From positions 1,426,001 to 1,490,000 of the forward strand of contig OZ287079.1 in assembly GCA_965645245.1 (NCBI GenBank): a stretch of DNA of 64,000 bases, read 5' to 3'. Position numbers and translations under genes: made by a program. Numbering within the stretch: position 1 is the first letter of the stretch; every line of letters begins with the position of its first letter. Origin of the DNA: Massalongia carnosa. Its lineage: Eukaryota. The notes under the pieces were generated by a model, which was given only the letters and a program-made list of their open reading frames with translations, did not search any database and was not told where the DNA came from. Below are positions 23,878 to 37,884 of the stretch, one piece after another.

Positions 23878-25719
23878 ATGTCAGAACAAGGTGCCCCTGG
23901 TGGTCCAGTTAGCGGAGCAGGAGATGTGCAAGCGCCGATAGATTCTAACTACACCTCCTACGAAAATCTAAATAATACGTTGTCAAGTTCGCCACATGCG
24001 AATGATCAAGAAGACGTTTCGAATAAACGCAAGAGGCAAGACCTAAGACCTCGGTCTCGGGTGAAGCGACTTAGAGCATTTTACAACGATGACTACCGGA
24101 AACTTCTCAATGAAACTGTGCATGATGTGGTTGGAGGGACGCCTGTAGAGGAGACTGAAATGTTGCGGCCCACCCAGATTGGTATCACTTGGTGGTCCTC
24201 TCAGGAGAAAGATGTCTTCTTCAGCGCACTTGCAAAACGAGGTAGGGACGACTGTCCGAGGATCGCCGCCGCCATCGGTACGAAGACGGAGCTCGAAGTA
24301 CACGTCTATCTTCGGCTATTACAAAAGGCTTCACAAGAGCAGCACGTATTTTCTCCTCGGGATCATCTGTTCGACCCTTGTGATACACCCGCAGCTTTTG
24401 AGGTAAGCCATGAATGCTGCGATATGCTTGAGCTCCCAGCGGATGCTTTGTCGGTGTTGCAGCAGAGAGAGGAAGAGAAGCTGGAGAAGAAAAAGTTTGA
24501 GAAAATCTGGCTGCTAGATGAAAAAACCATCCTTGCGTTCAATAAACGACAGGGTGAAGGGAGGGATGGCACTGCAGAAATCGTAGAGTATTTACCTGCA
24601 GCCGAACTTTTGAACCCTCTGAGTTTCGTCAAATTGTCTAAATCTGTTTTCATGAACTCCAGCGCAGCAGATGACAACTGGCGTTCGTATTGCGGGCCGA
24701 AAGAAAGTCCCTCGATTCTGTATACAGCCTTCTCGGATTTTCATAGATTGGCAACTAGTGTCACGAAGCGGTTGATTCAATCGGCTTTGTTCTTCGCAAT
24801 GTCTCGTATAAGAGCTACCACCACCTCGAGATACGTACCGAAAAGCGCGGTCAGGCAGCAGGACATCTACACAGCACTCCGAGTTCTGGGTATGCAACCC
24901 AATGCTCGAAGTTTCTGGGTTGGAGCTGCTCGGAGGTGTAACCTGGCTGTTCGGGATGGCCACAACGATAAAGACACCAATAATAAAATGCTAACCCATG
25001 ATGAGGTTGAGAGGCTGATGAACCAAGATGTTAAAGACCAAACGGCAAGCTATAGCGAAGATTCACAAGCTGAGGACATTGTACGAGTATTTGACACAAC
25101 CACACCACCGTTAGAAGCCGATCCAGACCAATCCCTATCTGACAGCACCTCCAACTTCTCTCTCAATGCAGCCTCCACCTCCCCCGACAGCGAATCTTCC
25201 GAATCCCCTAGCGAAGACGAAAGTCTCGCGTCTGATCCCGACGCTTCGGAAGAAGCCCAAGACACCTACGCCGAAGCCGTTGACCGGCAAAGCAGCCAGC
25301 GCGAGGAACTCCGTCTGCGGAGGATGCTTGGCCATGAGCCCCCTGAATACATGAAGCCTGAGGAACTGCATATCCCCAAGCGGCCGAAGCCGGAGCGAAA
25401 GGTGGGAGACGACCTGGATGACTGGCGAGCTTGGGTGGATTACGCCCCCGAGTGGGAAACTTACGAGGTTCCCATCCCGGCCAGCAGCTTTTTTGGTAGG
25501 AGACGCCGAGGGAGCAGCGGGGGGGAAATGGATCGATCTCGTTCTTACCGGAGCCGTGCTCGAGCCGGGGGTAGCAGCGGGGATGATGAGATGGAGGATG
25601 AAGAGGCCGACTCGTCGGCGAACACGAGTCGGACACGTCCCGCTGGTAGCGTATCGGTGGATGGTAGCGATGATGGGGAGGAATCCTTATCAGATTCCGG
25701 CGGAGGGGATTCGGTTTGA
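23878..25719 (+). CDS. RRN5: RNA polymerase I upstream activation factor subunit Rrn5-like (Myb-like domain)
   Basis: SANT-like block TQIGITWWSSQEKDVFFSALAKRGR..IAAAIGTKTELEV; PAAFEVS; FSDFHRLATSVTKRLIQ; FWVGAARRC. Confidence 0.8.
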   Translation: MSEQGAPGGPVSGAGDVQAPIDSNYTSYENLNNTLSSSPHANDQEDVSNKRKRQDLRPRSRVKRLRAFYNDDYRKLLNETVHDVVGGTPVEETEMLRPTQIGITWWSSQEKDVFFSALAKRGRDDCPRIAAAIGTKTELEVHVYLRLLQKASQEQHVFSPRDHLFDPCDTPAAFEVSHECCDMLELPADALSVLQQREEEKLEKKKFEKIWLLDEKTILAFNKRQGEGRDGTAEIVEYLPAAELLNPLSFVKLSKSVFMNSSAADDNWRSYCGPKESPSILYTAFSDFHRLATSVTKRLIQSALFFAMSRIRATTTSRYVPKSAVRQQDIYTALRVLGMQPNARSFWVGAARRCNLAVRDGHNDKDTNNKMLTHDEVERLMNQDVKDQTASYSEDSQAEDIVRVFDTTTPPLEADPDQSLSDSTSNFSLNAASTSPDSESSESPSEDESLASDPDASEEAQDTYAEAVDRQSSQREELRLRRMLGHEPPEYMKPEELHIPKRPKPERKVGDDLDDWRAWVDYAPEWETYEVPIPASSFFGRRRRGSSGGEMDRSRSYRSRARAGGSSGDDEMEDEEADSSANTSRTRPAGSVSVDGSDDGEESLSDSGGGDSV

Positions 25720-26261
25720 GGACAAGAAAAGGGAAAATATTGTGCGGATTTAGAGTAGACATTGGGAAAATGGAATCTGTGAGAATGGGTTTGTGGAAGG
25801 CTGTAGGCGTACGTAGGTAGGTAGTAAATAGGGGGGGGGGAACATTTGTTACAATGTAAATTGCATCAAGTGCAATCCAAAGAACATACGCATATCCTGA
25901 TTCCCAAGAGCAGAGGCAGACAGGTGATTCACATTTCCATTACAAGAGGACTAGGAAAGACCATATAGAAGGCATAAGAACAAGAGTCGGAGCTGAAGGC
26001 TAGCATGAGGTACATACGAGTACAGAGTAATTTAAGGGTACGCGGGAGACAGAAAAGGGAGAGAATAAAAGCTTTCTTTAATAAAACAAATCTGCCAGCA
26101 AAACCTAGCCCGGGGATCCTGATATCCAACGCCCCAAAACGTCAAGTGAAGCCTACGACCAGTCTTGACAGAAAAATTCCATCAAGTCTCGGCTTCCTTG
26201 CGCTTCTCATTTCCCACCAGGATACCAACCTTTTCGTCGACTAATCATCATCAACGCCATC

Positions 26262-28610
26262 TTAAATATCAAGGCTCCTGTAATTAGCATCTCCTGCGCT
26301 CAAGGGCTGCGCGTCCCCCTTTCCATGATCGATCACGCGCTGAAACCCCAATTTGTCGCCCCTGCTCCCAATGTCCTGCGCCATGCGGACGCCCTCCTCG
26401 CCGCCCTTCAAGCTCGCCGCTTTCAGTGCTTCCTGTACTTCCCCCACGCGTTTTCGAAACGCCAGCCGATCGAGGAACAGCTGCTGCCGGCCTCGTTCCA
26501 GCTCGCGTCGCTCGGCTTGCAGCACCGCCTCCATTTCGGAAAACTGCTTCATTTTGAGCTCAAACTTTTGCAACGTGGTGTTGACGGCGCTGGATACGAG
26601 CCGAGTCATCTCACGCTCCTCGTTCGAGACTAGCGCTGCGGCGCGAGCAGCCGAAGCTGCGAATGCAATGGTCGGTAGGGAGGATGTTCGTTCTGCTTGT
26701 TCTCCTGCAAGGGCAACTTGGTTATTGCTATTTCCCTGAGGGCTTTCAACTGCGTCGACGTCCATCGAGTCCTCATGATCCACCGGCGGCTTCTTCACTT
26801 TGCTTTCCGTTTGAGGAGGACCGCCCATTCCGTTCTCAATCCGGCTTCTGACTGATTTTTTCATTTCATCGACCGATCGCCCTGCTGCAGCAGCCGCAAC
26901 ATTTGGATCGCTCATGCCTGCAAGGAAAGCTATTACTGACATCACTGGGTTGTCAGACTGACTGAACGGGATTCTTCCATAGTCAAGCGCGCCAAAGCTG
27001 GGATTATTGTTGGGCTCGCTTTCAAGATATTGGTCTTCGATCTCAAGCTGCAAGAATTTCACAACACATTGCTCTCGCGTCCGGGTCTTCACATGATCTG
27101 CTATCGAGTTCCAGTTCTCATCAAAGAGCTCCAAGCCCTCAAGAAGCAACCAAACTTCGGAGTCTGTCCACGGAGCATCACGGTCCCGAAGACCAGATGA
27201 TCCATTATCTTCAAGCTTCACGAACTCTAGGTTATCATGGCCTCTTGGATATCTCGCACACTGAAAACAACTTGGACATAGATCGTACTTTATCTTCGTC
27301 GGATTAGACCCATTAGTTGCGGACACGGATTTAGCGTAGTGGAAACGGATCCGGGTGCAATTGATACCGCAAGAATAGCAATTGACAGGCTTTTTTGGCT
27401 CTCCTGTTATTTCCTCAATCTTTTGAATAGCTGATTCTGTTGATGCAGCAGTCCCGTCAGTCACCGAGTCTTCGCCATTGGCTTGCTTTTCCTGAACGCC
27501 AACCGTTAGATCTTTGCCGCTCTGATCGTATATGTTTCGGCGTATTTCCATTCCTTGCTGAGGTCTCAGCAAAAGATCAGGGTCCAGAGGTTTATCGGAG
27601 GGTGAAAATCGTCTGGGGCCTGTCTTCTCGGCTTTAGGTACAGGCTGGAATGATTGGAGTCCACGAGGAGTGTCTGCTACAACGCGGAAATGCCCTGTAA
27701 AGGGAGGACCAATTGCTGAAGGTCGAGTCTCAGGATCAATCTAGTCCATAGTTAGAAAATGTAAAAGCTTGAGACAGTATTCGCCCTACCTGAAAATTTA
27801 TTAAGCCCCACTGTTCCAAAAATGCGTGAACCCTCATGATAGCACACACATCTCCGGCAAGATTCCTTCGGCAAGCGGTTACTGTAAGATATTCTGTTGG
27901 GTTAAGACGGTATGTATTGACCATGAAGTCACGGTAATCCTTATAAACAGCAGGCGTTTTGCTTCTATTTCGACCATTAAAGAACTCAGGTACAGCCTTC
28001 TTTTCCAAAACATGGATGGCATGCATATCGAACCAAGTACTATAGCTAGGGAGGATGATCGCATGCGTTTGTGAAATTAAATGAGATCGTGCCGACGATT
28101 CCAACGCAGCTTTCGTCTGAATCGATTGTCCGTCTGCCGTAGGCTCTACAGGCTGAGAGGAGTCTCGCTCTGGAAGAGCCCTTTTTCCCGGGCTACCTGC
28201 CTCTTTCTGGGGTTCCGCCTCCATACCAGCCATCTCCTCATCCTCCCTTCCTTCATCATCACCACCAGGCCGAGGCGCATCCGGTGCATCTAAGAGGTTG
28301 TCTGCTGTCACGATGGAACTAGACTCTGGGGGTTTTGATAATGTAATGTTTGAGGGAGGTTCTGCCAAATCGCTTAGCGATTGGGGTGATAGACGTGCAG
28401 CTATAGATTTAGCATGAGAATGAGCTTTATTTTTGGGGGTATTCAAATCGCCATTGGAGAAGATATCCACTGACCTGGCCCATTTGTGGGAGTCTCTAAG
28501 TTTATCCCAGCTGCTTCATCTAGTTGCAACCGTTCAGAATGTGAAAGCTGATGCGAGTCTGTTGATGCCAATGTATCAGCATTGCCAGATTCCAATGATG
28601 TCTCCTGCAT
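26262..28610 (-). CDS. RSC8: SWI/SNF-RSC subunit Rsc8/Ssr2 (SWIRM, ZZ zinc finger, SANT)
   Basis: [69 protein letters not shown]. Introns at about 28474-28402 and 27790-27742; start codon tentative. Confidence 0.9.
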
Positions 28611-29190
28611 TCTCTCTTCTGGATGTATATTCGACCGAAAGATCAACTATGCAAGGTCTGACGGCATCCACGTTTCGACCTGGATTTATATTCTTATTTA
28701 TTCACTCAGTCAGCGTTTTCATACGAATTCACAAGTAGCGAGAGCACGAGTTATCGTTGCGGTAATAAAGCAGCGCGTTTGGAACTATGGCATGAAGTTC
28801 GAAATACAGATTATGAATTCGAATAGAAAGTACTCTGTACTCCGTATACGGTATGTACAGTATTTATTTTTACGAAACAATATACTTGGTATTACAAGGA
28901 TGCTTAGGCCAAGATTCTAATACTTTTGTAGTGGTGTCTTCTGTCTAAGTATTGATACGTGATACTAGCCGTTACTTTAAACCAAAGGGTATTCTATAAT
29001 ATAACATATATTTCAGAATAGAGCTTTTCTCATCGCAACCCTGTAAGTTACCTACCTTATGAGCCAATGAATTTACCTAAATAATACGAAGTAACCTCGA
29101 ACGTGTTTTTGCTTAGCTAAGCACCATTCCTTCTACAACTCACTCCTCACTCCAACTACTTTTGCCCGAGGACGCCATGAAATATGAAGC

Positions 29191-31287
29191 ATGCAACGGG
29201 CTTCTCGGAATTTTCTTAGATACATTGGGATATTCGGATTTCGTCAGCTTACAGCAACTCCAAAAGCCTATGCTACCATTGCCCCGGCCACTGTTGTGAC
29301 TCCCAACCATGTTTCCAAGACAGCAATCTGCCTTCGCGGATACCAAGATGAATGCATTCAATCGGTGCTTTCGTACTTGGAAAAAGGCCATAAGAGGTTA
29401 GGAATTTCGTTAGCTACTGGAAGCGGCAAGACCGTGAGTCCCAATAAGTTAAGCCTGAGTGATGGCACTGATTGAATTCTAGGTAATATTTACACACCTT
29501 ATTGATCGTGTCCAACCTGTGAAGCATGACGCTTCCCGGACCCTGATCCTCGCTCATCGTCGCGAGCTTGTGGAACAAGCTGCGCGGCACTGTAGCAATG
29601 CATATCCTTCTAAGTCGATCGAGATTGAGATGGGGAACCTACATGCGACTGGTTCTGCAGATATTACCATCGCCTCGGTCAGAAGTATAACTTCCAGCGA
29701 TCGGATAATGAAGTTTAACCCAGAAAAATTTAAAATGATCTTGGTTGACGAGGCTCATCATATCGTTGCTTCGAGTTACATGGACACGCTGCGGCACTTC
29801 GGGGTTTTAGACAACACGAATGCTAGCTACTCTCCAATCCTTGTTGGGGTTTCAGCAACTCTATCCCGGTTTGATGGGGTGAGGCTTAGCGATGCTATTG
29901 ACCACATTGTCTACCATAAGTAAACTATTCCAGTCTAGGTTATCGTTGCTGATAGCTAACTTGGGCAAGGGATTATGTAGATATGATCGGGGAAAAATGG
30001 CTGACGAACGTAATCTTTACAACAGTTCAATCAAGCGCGGATATCTCGAAGGTGAAGCATGCTACAACCGGTGACTTTCAAACCAAGGGGCTTTCGAAGG
30101 CGGTCAATACCAGGGGTATCAACGAAATCACAGTCCGTGCTTGGCAGGCACGAGCGAGCAGAAGGAAGTCTACACTCGTATTCTGTGTAGACTTAGCGCA
30201 TCTCACCGATCTTACTGCTTGCTTCCGTATATTTGGGGTGGATGCGCGGTTCATCACAGGGGACACACCAACGCATGTTCGAAGCAAAAGACTGGATGCC
30301 TTTAAAGCTCAAGAGTATCCAGTGCTTCTAAATTGTGGTGTCTTCACTGAAGGCACTGATATACCTAACATTGATTGTGTCTTGCTGGCTAGGCCTACAA
30401 AGTCCCGGAACTTGCTTGTTCAGATGATCGGTCGGGGGATGCGCTTGCACCCTGGAAAGATTAACTGCCATATTATCGATATGGTTGCTTCGCTTGAATC
30501 TGGGATCACTTCCACCCCAACGCTCTTCGGTCTTGATCCCGCAGAAACCTTCGAGGGAGCCAACGTGGAGCAACTGAAATCACTACGTGAAAGAAAAGAG
30601 CTGGAATCTCTCCGCGAGCAACAAGCAGCGGAAGTACCCGCAACGTTAGGGCCAGATTCACTACAAGCCTCGCGCAAAGTTTCCTTCACGGATTATGACT
30701 CAGTTTATGATTTGATCAGTGACACGTCAGGAGAACGTCATATTCGCGCTATTAGCCCGCTCTCATGGGTACTTGTAGGGCGGAATCGTTATGTGCTGTC
30801 CAGCCAAGACGGCCACTACATTACAATTGAGAGAATCACCGATCCATCTGCACAATATAGCGTTACTTATACACAAAAATTGCCAGAAGACCCTCTCACA
30901 ATGAGGAAGAGCCCTTATGTGCGGCCACGTGAGATTGCGAAATCAGAATCGTTCGTTGATGCTGTCCATGCTGCGGACACCTTTGCGATGGCAAAATTTC
31001 CATGGACGTTTGTTTCTCATTCGCAGGCGTGGAGGAAGAAGCCGGCTACGGATGGGCAGCTTACCTTCCTAAACAAGCTCCGGGATAAGGATGATCAGTT
31101 GACAGCAGAAAAGATCACCAAAGGCAAAGCTGCTGACATGATCACCAAAATAAAACATGGCGCAAAGGGACGTTTCAACAGGCTGGAGGCAGCCAGAAGA
31201 CGAAACGTTAAGGCTAATGACAAGCGGAATCAGGTGGCTCTCCTGCGGCAGCGTGAAGGCGTGAAAGTAGGCCCGACGGGGGACTGA
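29191..31287 (+). CDS. IRC3: Mitochondrial DEAH-type SF2 DNA helicase Irc3
   Basis: [41 protein letters not shown]; introns at about 29434-29482 and 29920-29969. Confidence 0.9.
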
Positions 31288-32174
31288 TATCTGAGCGTTA
31301 CCTTGCTATTAATCTTAGGCCGCTGCTGTGCATTTGTTGCTAATGTACTCTGTACTGTGTGCGAAGAAAGTAGCTATCAGCCATGAATTGCTCAAGAGGT
31401 CAACCGGCGCGTTGTCCAGTCCTGAGCCACTTGCAGATGACGAGCCGCTTTGGGTGTGTACACGAAGTCTCGTTGACCTTATCTTGCTTGATTGAAGACC
31501 CGGTCAACCACTTTTAGCTTAGCATCAAGACTATGATGACCAGTTCCTTGATTTGGATGTTGTGGGGAACCAATGAGATGCGATGGTGATGAACCGTCGT
31601 CATCGTGACATCGATGATAACATTTCGATACAGAGTATCTCGTCATTACTCGAGTTGAGTTGATCGTTGATGGTGGGACCATGATGATGTGATGCCGTTT
31701 TCTTGAAGTGATTCGGATAATACATAGCGTCGATAGGCTGATCTCTTGCTGGTCGATAACGAAAATGGTCCTTTCCCAGAAATTAGCAACTTGAAATACG
31801 CGTAGAGACATACCTGTTATGAAACAATTGATGCCTCGTGTAGTCTGTGGTTGGTTCACTGATGTTCTGACTGATGCGCCATCGCAGTCAGCTAGACGCC
31901 TCAGTACGGAGTAGTCGCTGCGTTTTCCCTTTTCAAATCCCTCATGCGACTTCGTACAAGTACTCTGTCCAAGGTAGGTTAGAGCTGTTTAGTTAAATAC
32001 ATGTTACACGTCGGCAAATTACAAGAATACGTCGAGTGCGTCGTTAACCTTTCTTTCTCTCTTTGGCTTTTGAGTCCATTCAACCCCTCTCCCAGCCTTC
32101 TCGAAGCCTCCTCGAAGCCCTTGTTGTCTTTTCTTCTACGCCAGTCGACAACGTGGTGACGCTGGCTCAATTCA

Positions 32175-35100
32175 ATGCGAAGAAGGTCTTCGGGTTCCGC
32201 CGAGGAGGACGAGCTTGGTGAAGCAATCCCTGCCGAACCTCCCCCCGGTGACAATGACGAAAAAAGGAATAGCTTCAGTTCTGCCAAATACGACTTGAGC
32301 CGGCATTCGGATACTCTTGATAGAAGGAAAACTGACAAGCAGCTTGCACTCGCACATTTTGTACTCAATGGGTCAGTGACGCCAACATTGCCCCAACCCC
32401 CTAAAAAACCGTTGCCTCTAGCACCGGCTCTTAGCCCAAACAAAATGTTAGAAGCTTCATCACGGCGGCGAACACGGCTACAAAGCCCTTGGTCATGTTC
32501 GATCTTGACGCTATCGACCACCTTCCTATCTCTGATCCTGCTCTTTTCGATCATCCACTCGTTTGTTACCCGGCAGGTTGACTCGAAGGGATGTGGCATG
32601 TGCTACACCCGCGAAATTCTTTATTTCGAGTTTGCCGACTTCGATACTGAGCACACTCGTTTCGCGACGAAATATTCGTTACACTTAATTCGTGAGGAGG
32701 GTTTCGATGAAGACCCTAAGGTACGCTGCCTCTGAACACCCTTGTCCTTAGGCTGACGGATCCCAGGTGAAGGGGGTTCCTGTATTATTCATACCTGGCA
32801 ACGCTGGAAGTTATAAGCAGGCCAGGTGCCTCGCCTCCGAGGCGGCCCAATTCTACGCTAACAGCATTCAACAAGATGTAAAGGCGCTTAAAGAAGGAAT
32901 GACAAGTCTGGATTTTTTTGCGGTCGATTTCAACGAAGATTTCACGGCTTTTCATGGTCAAACTTTGCTGGATCAAGCCGAGTACTTGAATGATGCAGTC
33001 GCCTACATACTTTCTCTCTACCATAACCCCCGGCGGTCTCAGCGAGACCCCAATTTGCCGGACCCAAGCTCAGTGATTCTGGTTGGTCATTCAATGGGTG
33101 GCGTCGTAGCGCGGACCATGCTTACTATGTCTAATTATCAATCAAACTCAATCAACACGATTGTGACGATGTCAGCTCCACATGCTAGGCCACCTGTGTC
33201 CGTTGATGCGGATATTGTTCGTGCATATAAGGACACTAATGATTATTGGAGGCAAGCATACTCACAGACGTGGGCAAACGATAATCCTCTGTGGCACGTT
33301 ACGTTGATTTCGATTGCCGGTGGGGGCCTTGATACCGTTATTCCGTCCGACTATGCAAGTCTCTCGTCGCTGGTGCCTGCAACGCACGGATTTACTGTTT
33401 TCACCTCTTCAATACCAGACATGTGGACCGGTGCAGATCATATACAAACAACGTGGTGTGTTCAGTTGATGAAAGCCACAGTGAGATCAATATTTGAAAT
33501 TCTCGATGTAAAGCGCCCAGGGCAGACGAAACCGCGAGCTGAACGGATGCGCGTCTTCAAGAAATGGTTTTTAACAGGTTTGGAAGTATTCGCGGAGAAG
33601 ACAATACCGCAAAAAGAGCCAACGACCCTCTTGACGTTGGAAGACAACTCTAATTCCGTTGTTACCTCAGGGGAAAGGCTAATACTTCGAAATCTCGGGC
33701 AATCAGGGAAACCTAAAGCATACCTCCTCCCAATTCCGGCCCAAAGTTCGCCGGCAACGAGAAAATTTAGTCTCTTGTCAAACAAACCAATTGATGATGT
33801 CGGGAACCCTGGCCAATTAGAAGTCCTTTTCTGTAGTGTTTTCCCGCTACATTCCGGTCAGTCGGCAACCTTATTCTCCATGGATCTAGATTTATCTGAT
33901 AGCAAATCTGGATCCACGCGACTGGCCTGTAAGAACACAGCTTCCGATGTCATTCACCTACCAGCCTCAACAAGATCTTCGGTACATGCGTATGAAAAGA
34001 CTCAGCCATTCTCTTACCTTGAATATACACTAGATGTTCTTGCGGAACATCAGTATGTGGCAGTGGTTGACAAAGCATCGGAGATTGGGCAAGGCTGGGT
34101 AATTGCCGAGTTTGCTGAAAATAAAGCATCAATTATACATACAGCTTTGGGCTTACGACAGCTTTTGGCATTTGGATTAAGTCTCAAGTTACCCGCAAAC
34201 CGGCCTATGGTTACCGATGTCCAGATACCTGCATTAGATTCAAGTCTTTTAGGTTTCAAGTTGAAACTCGGCAAACAGGCATGCGGTGATAATGCCGAGC
34301 TATTTACTCCTCTCTTGAGGCAATACTTGAACGAGCCTCACGAGTCAAGATATTTTGTCAATGTGAAAGAAGCAAACATCAGTCTACATGGGCTCGCCCC
34401 TTTTATGCCACCACCTCTCCGTGCGTCGGCCGGCAACAACGGGGTTTCTCTCCAATTCTGGTCAGACCCGACGTGCAATTCTTCAATTGACGTCTCGTTG
34501 GAAGTGGACATCGCAGGCAGTATGGGTAAATTGGTGATGCGGTATAGAATGGTGTTCGCGGCCTTTCCACTTCTCGTAATCGCACTAGTGCTCCGCAAGC
34601 AATTTCAGATATATGACGATACCGGTACTTGCATCTTGAAATTCGCTGTAGATGATTGCTAACTGTGTCAGGCATATTCATCACTTTCTCCAGGTCGGTA
34701 GATCTCAATCTTAGATCGTCATTCCCCTTGCTTATTCTGGCTCTCACTTTCTTTGCCCTATCGCTGGCAGTATCAAGTTCTGCCTCACGTCAGCCTTCAT
34801 CCGCTAGCTGGTTCCAGCGGAATGGCAACGCGACGGAATCCGCGATTGATTTCACCATAAACGATCTTTTACTTGGCTCGCAGGATCCGATTTTCTGGTT
34901 CCTCGTCCCGGTTTTTGGTTTGGTCAGCTTAGGTCTTTGCGTTGTAATCAATTACGCAGCGCTGGGACTTACGTGGATCCTCTGCATTCCGTATAATCTG
35001 CTAACGGCACGGCCAGCTTGGGCAAAGCACGAGGATGCAAGGTCGGTCATTGTGTGAACCCAAGTTGGCTGCTTTCGCTTATTTCATACTGCAGACGATC

Positions 35101-35859
35101 CACCGTGCCCGGCTTTGCCACTAGCTCACCTCGAAGAAGGCTCATTACAACTAGTGTACTTCTCTTCCTGGTCTCTACCTTCATTCCCTATCAGTTTGCA
35201 TACCTAGATGCTTGCATTGTACAATTAGCTACATGTACGCGGGCGTTGCGTTTAGCCAGGGAGACGGTTAGTTTTTAATTTTTCCTATCGTTGACGGTAT
35301 ATACAGTCAGCAATTACGAAGCTCTACTAACAAGTGTAGCACTCGGGAACTCATTACAACTTTTATAATTACGTCCATTCCATTCTCATCCTCATGCTCT
35401 GCGTCTTGCCGATCAATCTTCCCGTCCTTGTTGTCTGGATCCACAATTTAGCCGTCCACTGGCTCACGCCCTTCTCCTCCCATCATAATGTCTTATCAAT
35501 AATGCCCTTCATCCTTCTGGTCGAGACCTTGACTTGCGGAAAGATGATCCCTAGAGTTACTTCCGGGTACGTTTGTTGATGCCTGCTGTCTTTTGGGACC
35601 GAAACCATACGCATTGATGCATGCTGATTACAGTATAAACAGCTTCCGCTATATCACCAACCTTCTCTTTTTCTTCCTCGCAGTCTACGCCGCTGCATAC
35701 GGCGTCACATATGCCTATCTACTTCACCACGTCGTCAATTTCATATCGGCTTGGCTTGTCGTCATTCATTTCTCGACCAGCGGCTTCTCCCTCTCTAGCC
35801 TGACCCAGATCTTGGAAGACGATGAAAGTGATGATGGGCTTGTCAAGAAACGTCCTTGA
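32175..35859 (+). CDS. BST1: GPI inositol-deacylase (PGAP1 family)
   Basis: VPVLFIPGNAGSYKQ, DFNEDFTAFHG, nucleophile motif GHSMGG; C-terminal TM exons (LPINLPVLVVWIHNL..PFSSHHN); about 6 exons. Confidence 0.95.
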
Positions 35860-36771
35860 TTGGCGGTAGATATATCACCTCTGTCCATTCCTACGTTGGA
35901 GAAACTTTTATGTTCTTTCTCTCGTCTCGCTCCCGAACACCCCCCCCTTTTTCCTGCACCCCCTACCTTTACCCACCTTTGCTCAACAACTTTGAGCCCA
36001 TTCTATATTTCGTATTTTAACATCCTATAATATAATGTCTTTTGTGAGTGAGCGATGTGTTCTTTTCTCCACAAGCACATGGTCGCCTACGGGCGTAGTC
36101 GGAGTTCTCGATTGTTAAAGGAAAAGGGGTGGCGCGGGCGGCAAGGCGGCAGAGAGCTTGGCATCTTGGCAGGCGATGATCATATTACTCTTCTTTTCAA
36201 TATCTCTTTCTCGAAGGAAACTCAGCTGCAAGAGAGAGGGTGTATATGTTTGGAACAGACAGGCTATCGTGCACATAGATATGTCAAGGACCAAAGCATC
36301 AATCGACAATATGTTGGTTACGTTTTCGGAAGCGAGTTGACGGATACTATAGAATAAATGACCCGAGTTTGGGAAGACTCATGACATTAACGTTGTGGTA
36401 AGCAGTTATTTTGCCTTCAACGAATGCATGCGGTTTCAATCATTTTGCAAAGAGGAATCATTTTAAAATTGTTTAGATTGAAGTTTGAAATAGCAAAAGG
36501 CCGTCCAGTAATTACTGAACCCTAGTCGCTTCTTTCTACCCTTTTGTGTACAGCAGTTATGCTTGCCTTTCCGAGAAAACCCCCCCCCCCCCCCCACAAA
36601 AAACAGCAACTGACAACTCCCAATGGATATATACATATATTTATGGCTTCAAGTTGGACTCTTTGCAACAACTCCGGTATTCACATTCAGCCTTCCCCCC
36701 CTCCCGGGATCATCACATCACTGTCGAAAAATGTCGTCTCCGTCCAGCCCATGTTCCATGAATCATAACAT

Positions 36772-37884
36772 TCACGCATTGCCGTGGTGTCTTGTGACGA
36801 TCGCGGTATCTACCCGTCCACGTTCCAAGTCCGGATCCTGTGTCCCATCGCCGCCGCAGCCACGGTAAAGCATGGGCTCCGGAAGATCTAGCTTCACCAT
36901 CGCCTTCTCAACCGGGCCTGACCGTTTCACGTTCCGCGAGGAGACTCGAGACCACGAGCGCATGCGCTTGCCCAGGGCACTTTGGCGACTGAGACGCGAA
37001 CGGCTGGCCGATGTGCGCATCTCCTCGGTCAAGACCGGCGTTCGGCCATAGGAGCCTTGGCTGTGGCCGGCCACATTGAGTTTCCGGCGACAGGCCGAAC
37101 ACGAGCCCGGGCCGAAGCGATAGATGTTCATCAGCTTGTTGAGGACGATAAACTCGATGCTGAGCTTGATGGCGTACGCGAGCGATTGCGTGCCGGTTTT
37201 GTACACCCAGTCGCCGCTGTAGACTTCGATCACAAACACCACGTCCAGGACGATGCACAAGACGTTGAGGTAGATCAAGAACTTCTTAGTATGTCGTGCG
37301 TCGGCTGGATCGGTCGGTTGGAACATCTTACTAGCCGCCCGGATGTAGATGGTTGAGATCAGCAGCTCCTGTAGGGTGAAGACGATCAACTGGATCCGCT
37401 CGTACAGGTTGTAGACGGTGAGCCACATTCCTGGATTCTCCTGATTGCTTCCAAAGGTCAAGACCGTCGTCGGGACCTGGAAGACAAGAAAATTCAGCAC
37501 GATCATGGCGAGGACGGCACGCAGCACCCGCGTTTTTCGGACCACCAGGTGGAGCCTCGAGTATAACACCAGGCTCTGGCCCGTCACCATCCCCCACCAG
37601 CCAAATGTTGCAAAGGCCGTGTTGACGGTCCACGGACATGCCCCGACGAACCATTTCAGAATGATACCAGTCGAGTGGCTCATAATCCCCCATGACGCGA
37701 TGAGTATCGACCAGAAGTAGAGCGTGTTGCGCCGTTTAAAAGTCGTGAAAACCTTGAGGTCTACGATCACCGCCATATAAATGGCGAGAGTCAGCATCGC
37801 CACAAGCACCGAGGTCCTTGTGGTGTCTTCGGGCAGTGGCCCCCGGACGATCCCCCCGGACGAGCCGCGTGGTTGCAGATCCAT
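36772..37884 (-). CDS. Fungal multi-pass integral membrane protein of unknown function
   Basis: About 7 hydrophobic segments; FKRRNTLYFWS, MVTGQSLVLYSRLHLV and YAIKLSIEF motifs typical of a Pezizomycotina membrane family; intronless. Confidence 0.8.
   Translation of the reverse strand: MDLQPRGSSGGIVRGPLPEDTTRTSVLVAMLTLAIYMAVIVDLKVFTTFKRRNTLYFWSILIASWGIMSHSTGIILKWFVGACPWTVNTAFATFGWWGMVTGQSLVLYSRLHLVVRKTRVLRAVLAMIVLNFLVFQVPTTVLTFGSNQENPGMWLTVYNLYERIQLIVFTLQELLISTIYIRAASKMFQPTDPADARHTKKFLIYLNVLCIVLDVVFVIEVYSGDWVYKTGTQSLAYAIKLSIEFIVLNKLMNIYRFGPGSCSACRRKLNVAGHSQGSYGRTPVLTEEMRTSASRSRLSRQSALGKRMRSWSRVSSRNVKRSGPVEKAMVKLDLPEPMLYRGCGGDGTQDPDLERGRVDTAIVTRHHGNA

Noticed and set aside
31479..31859. 126-aa minus ORF between IRC3 and BST1
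   Set aside because: No motifs or splice support
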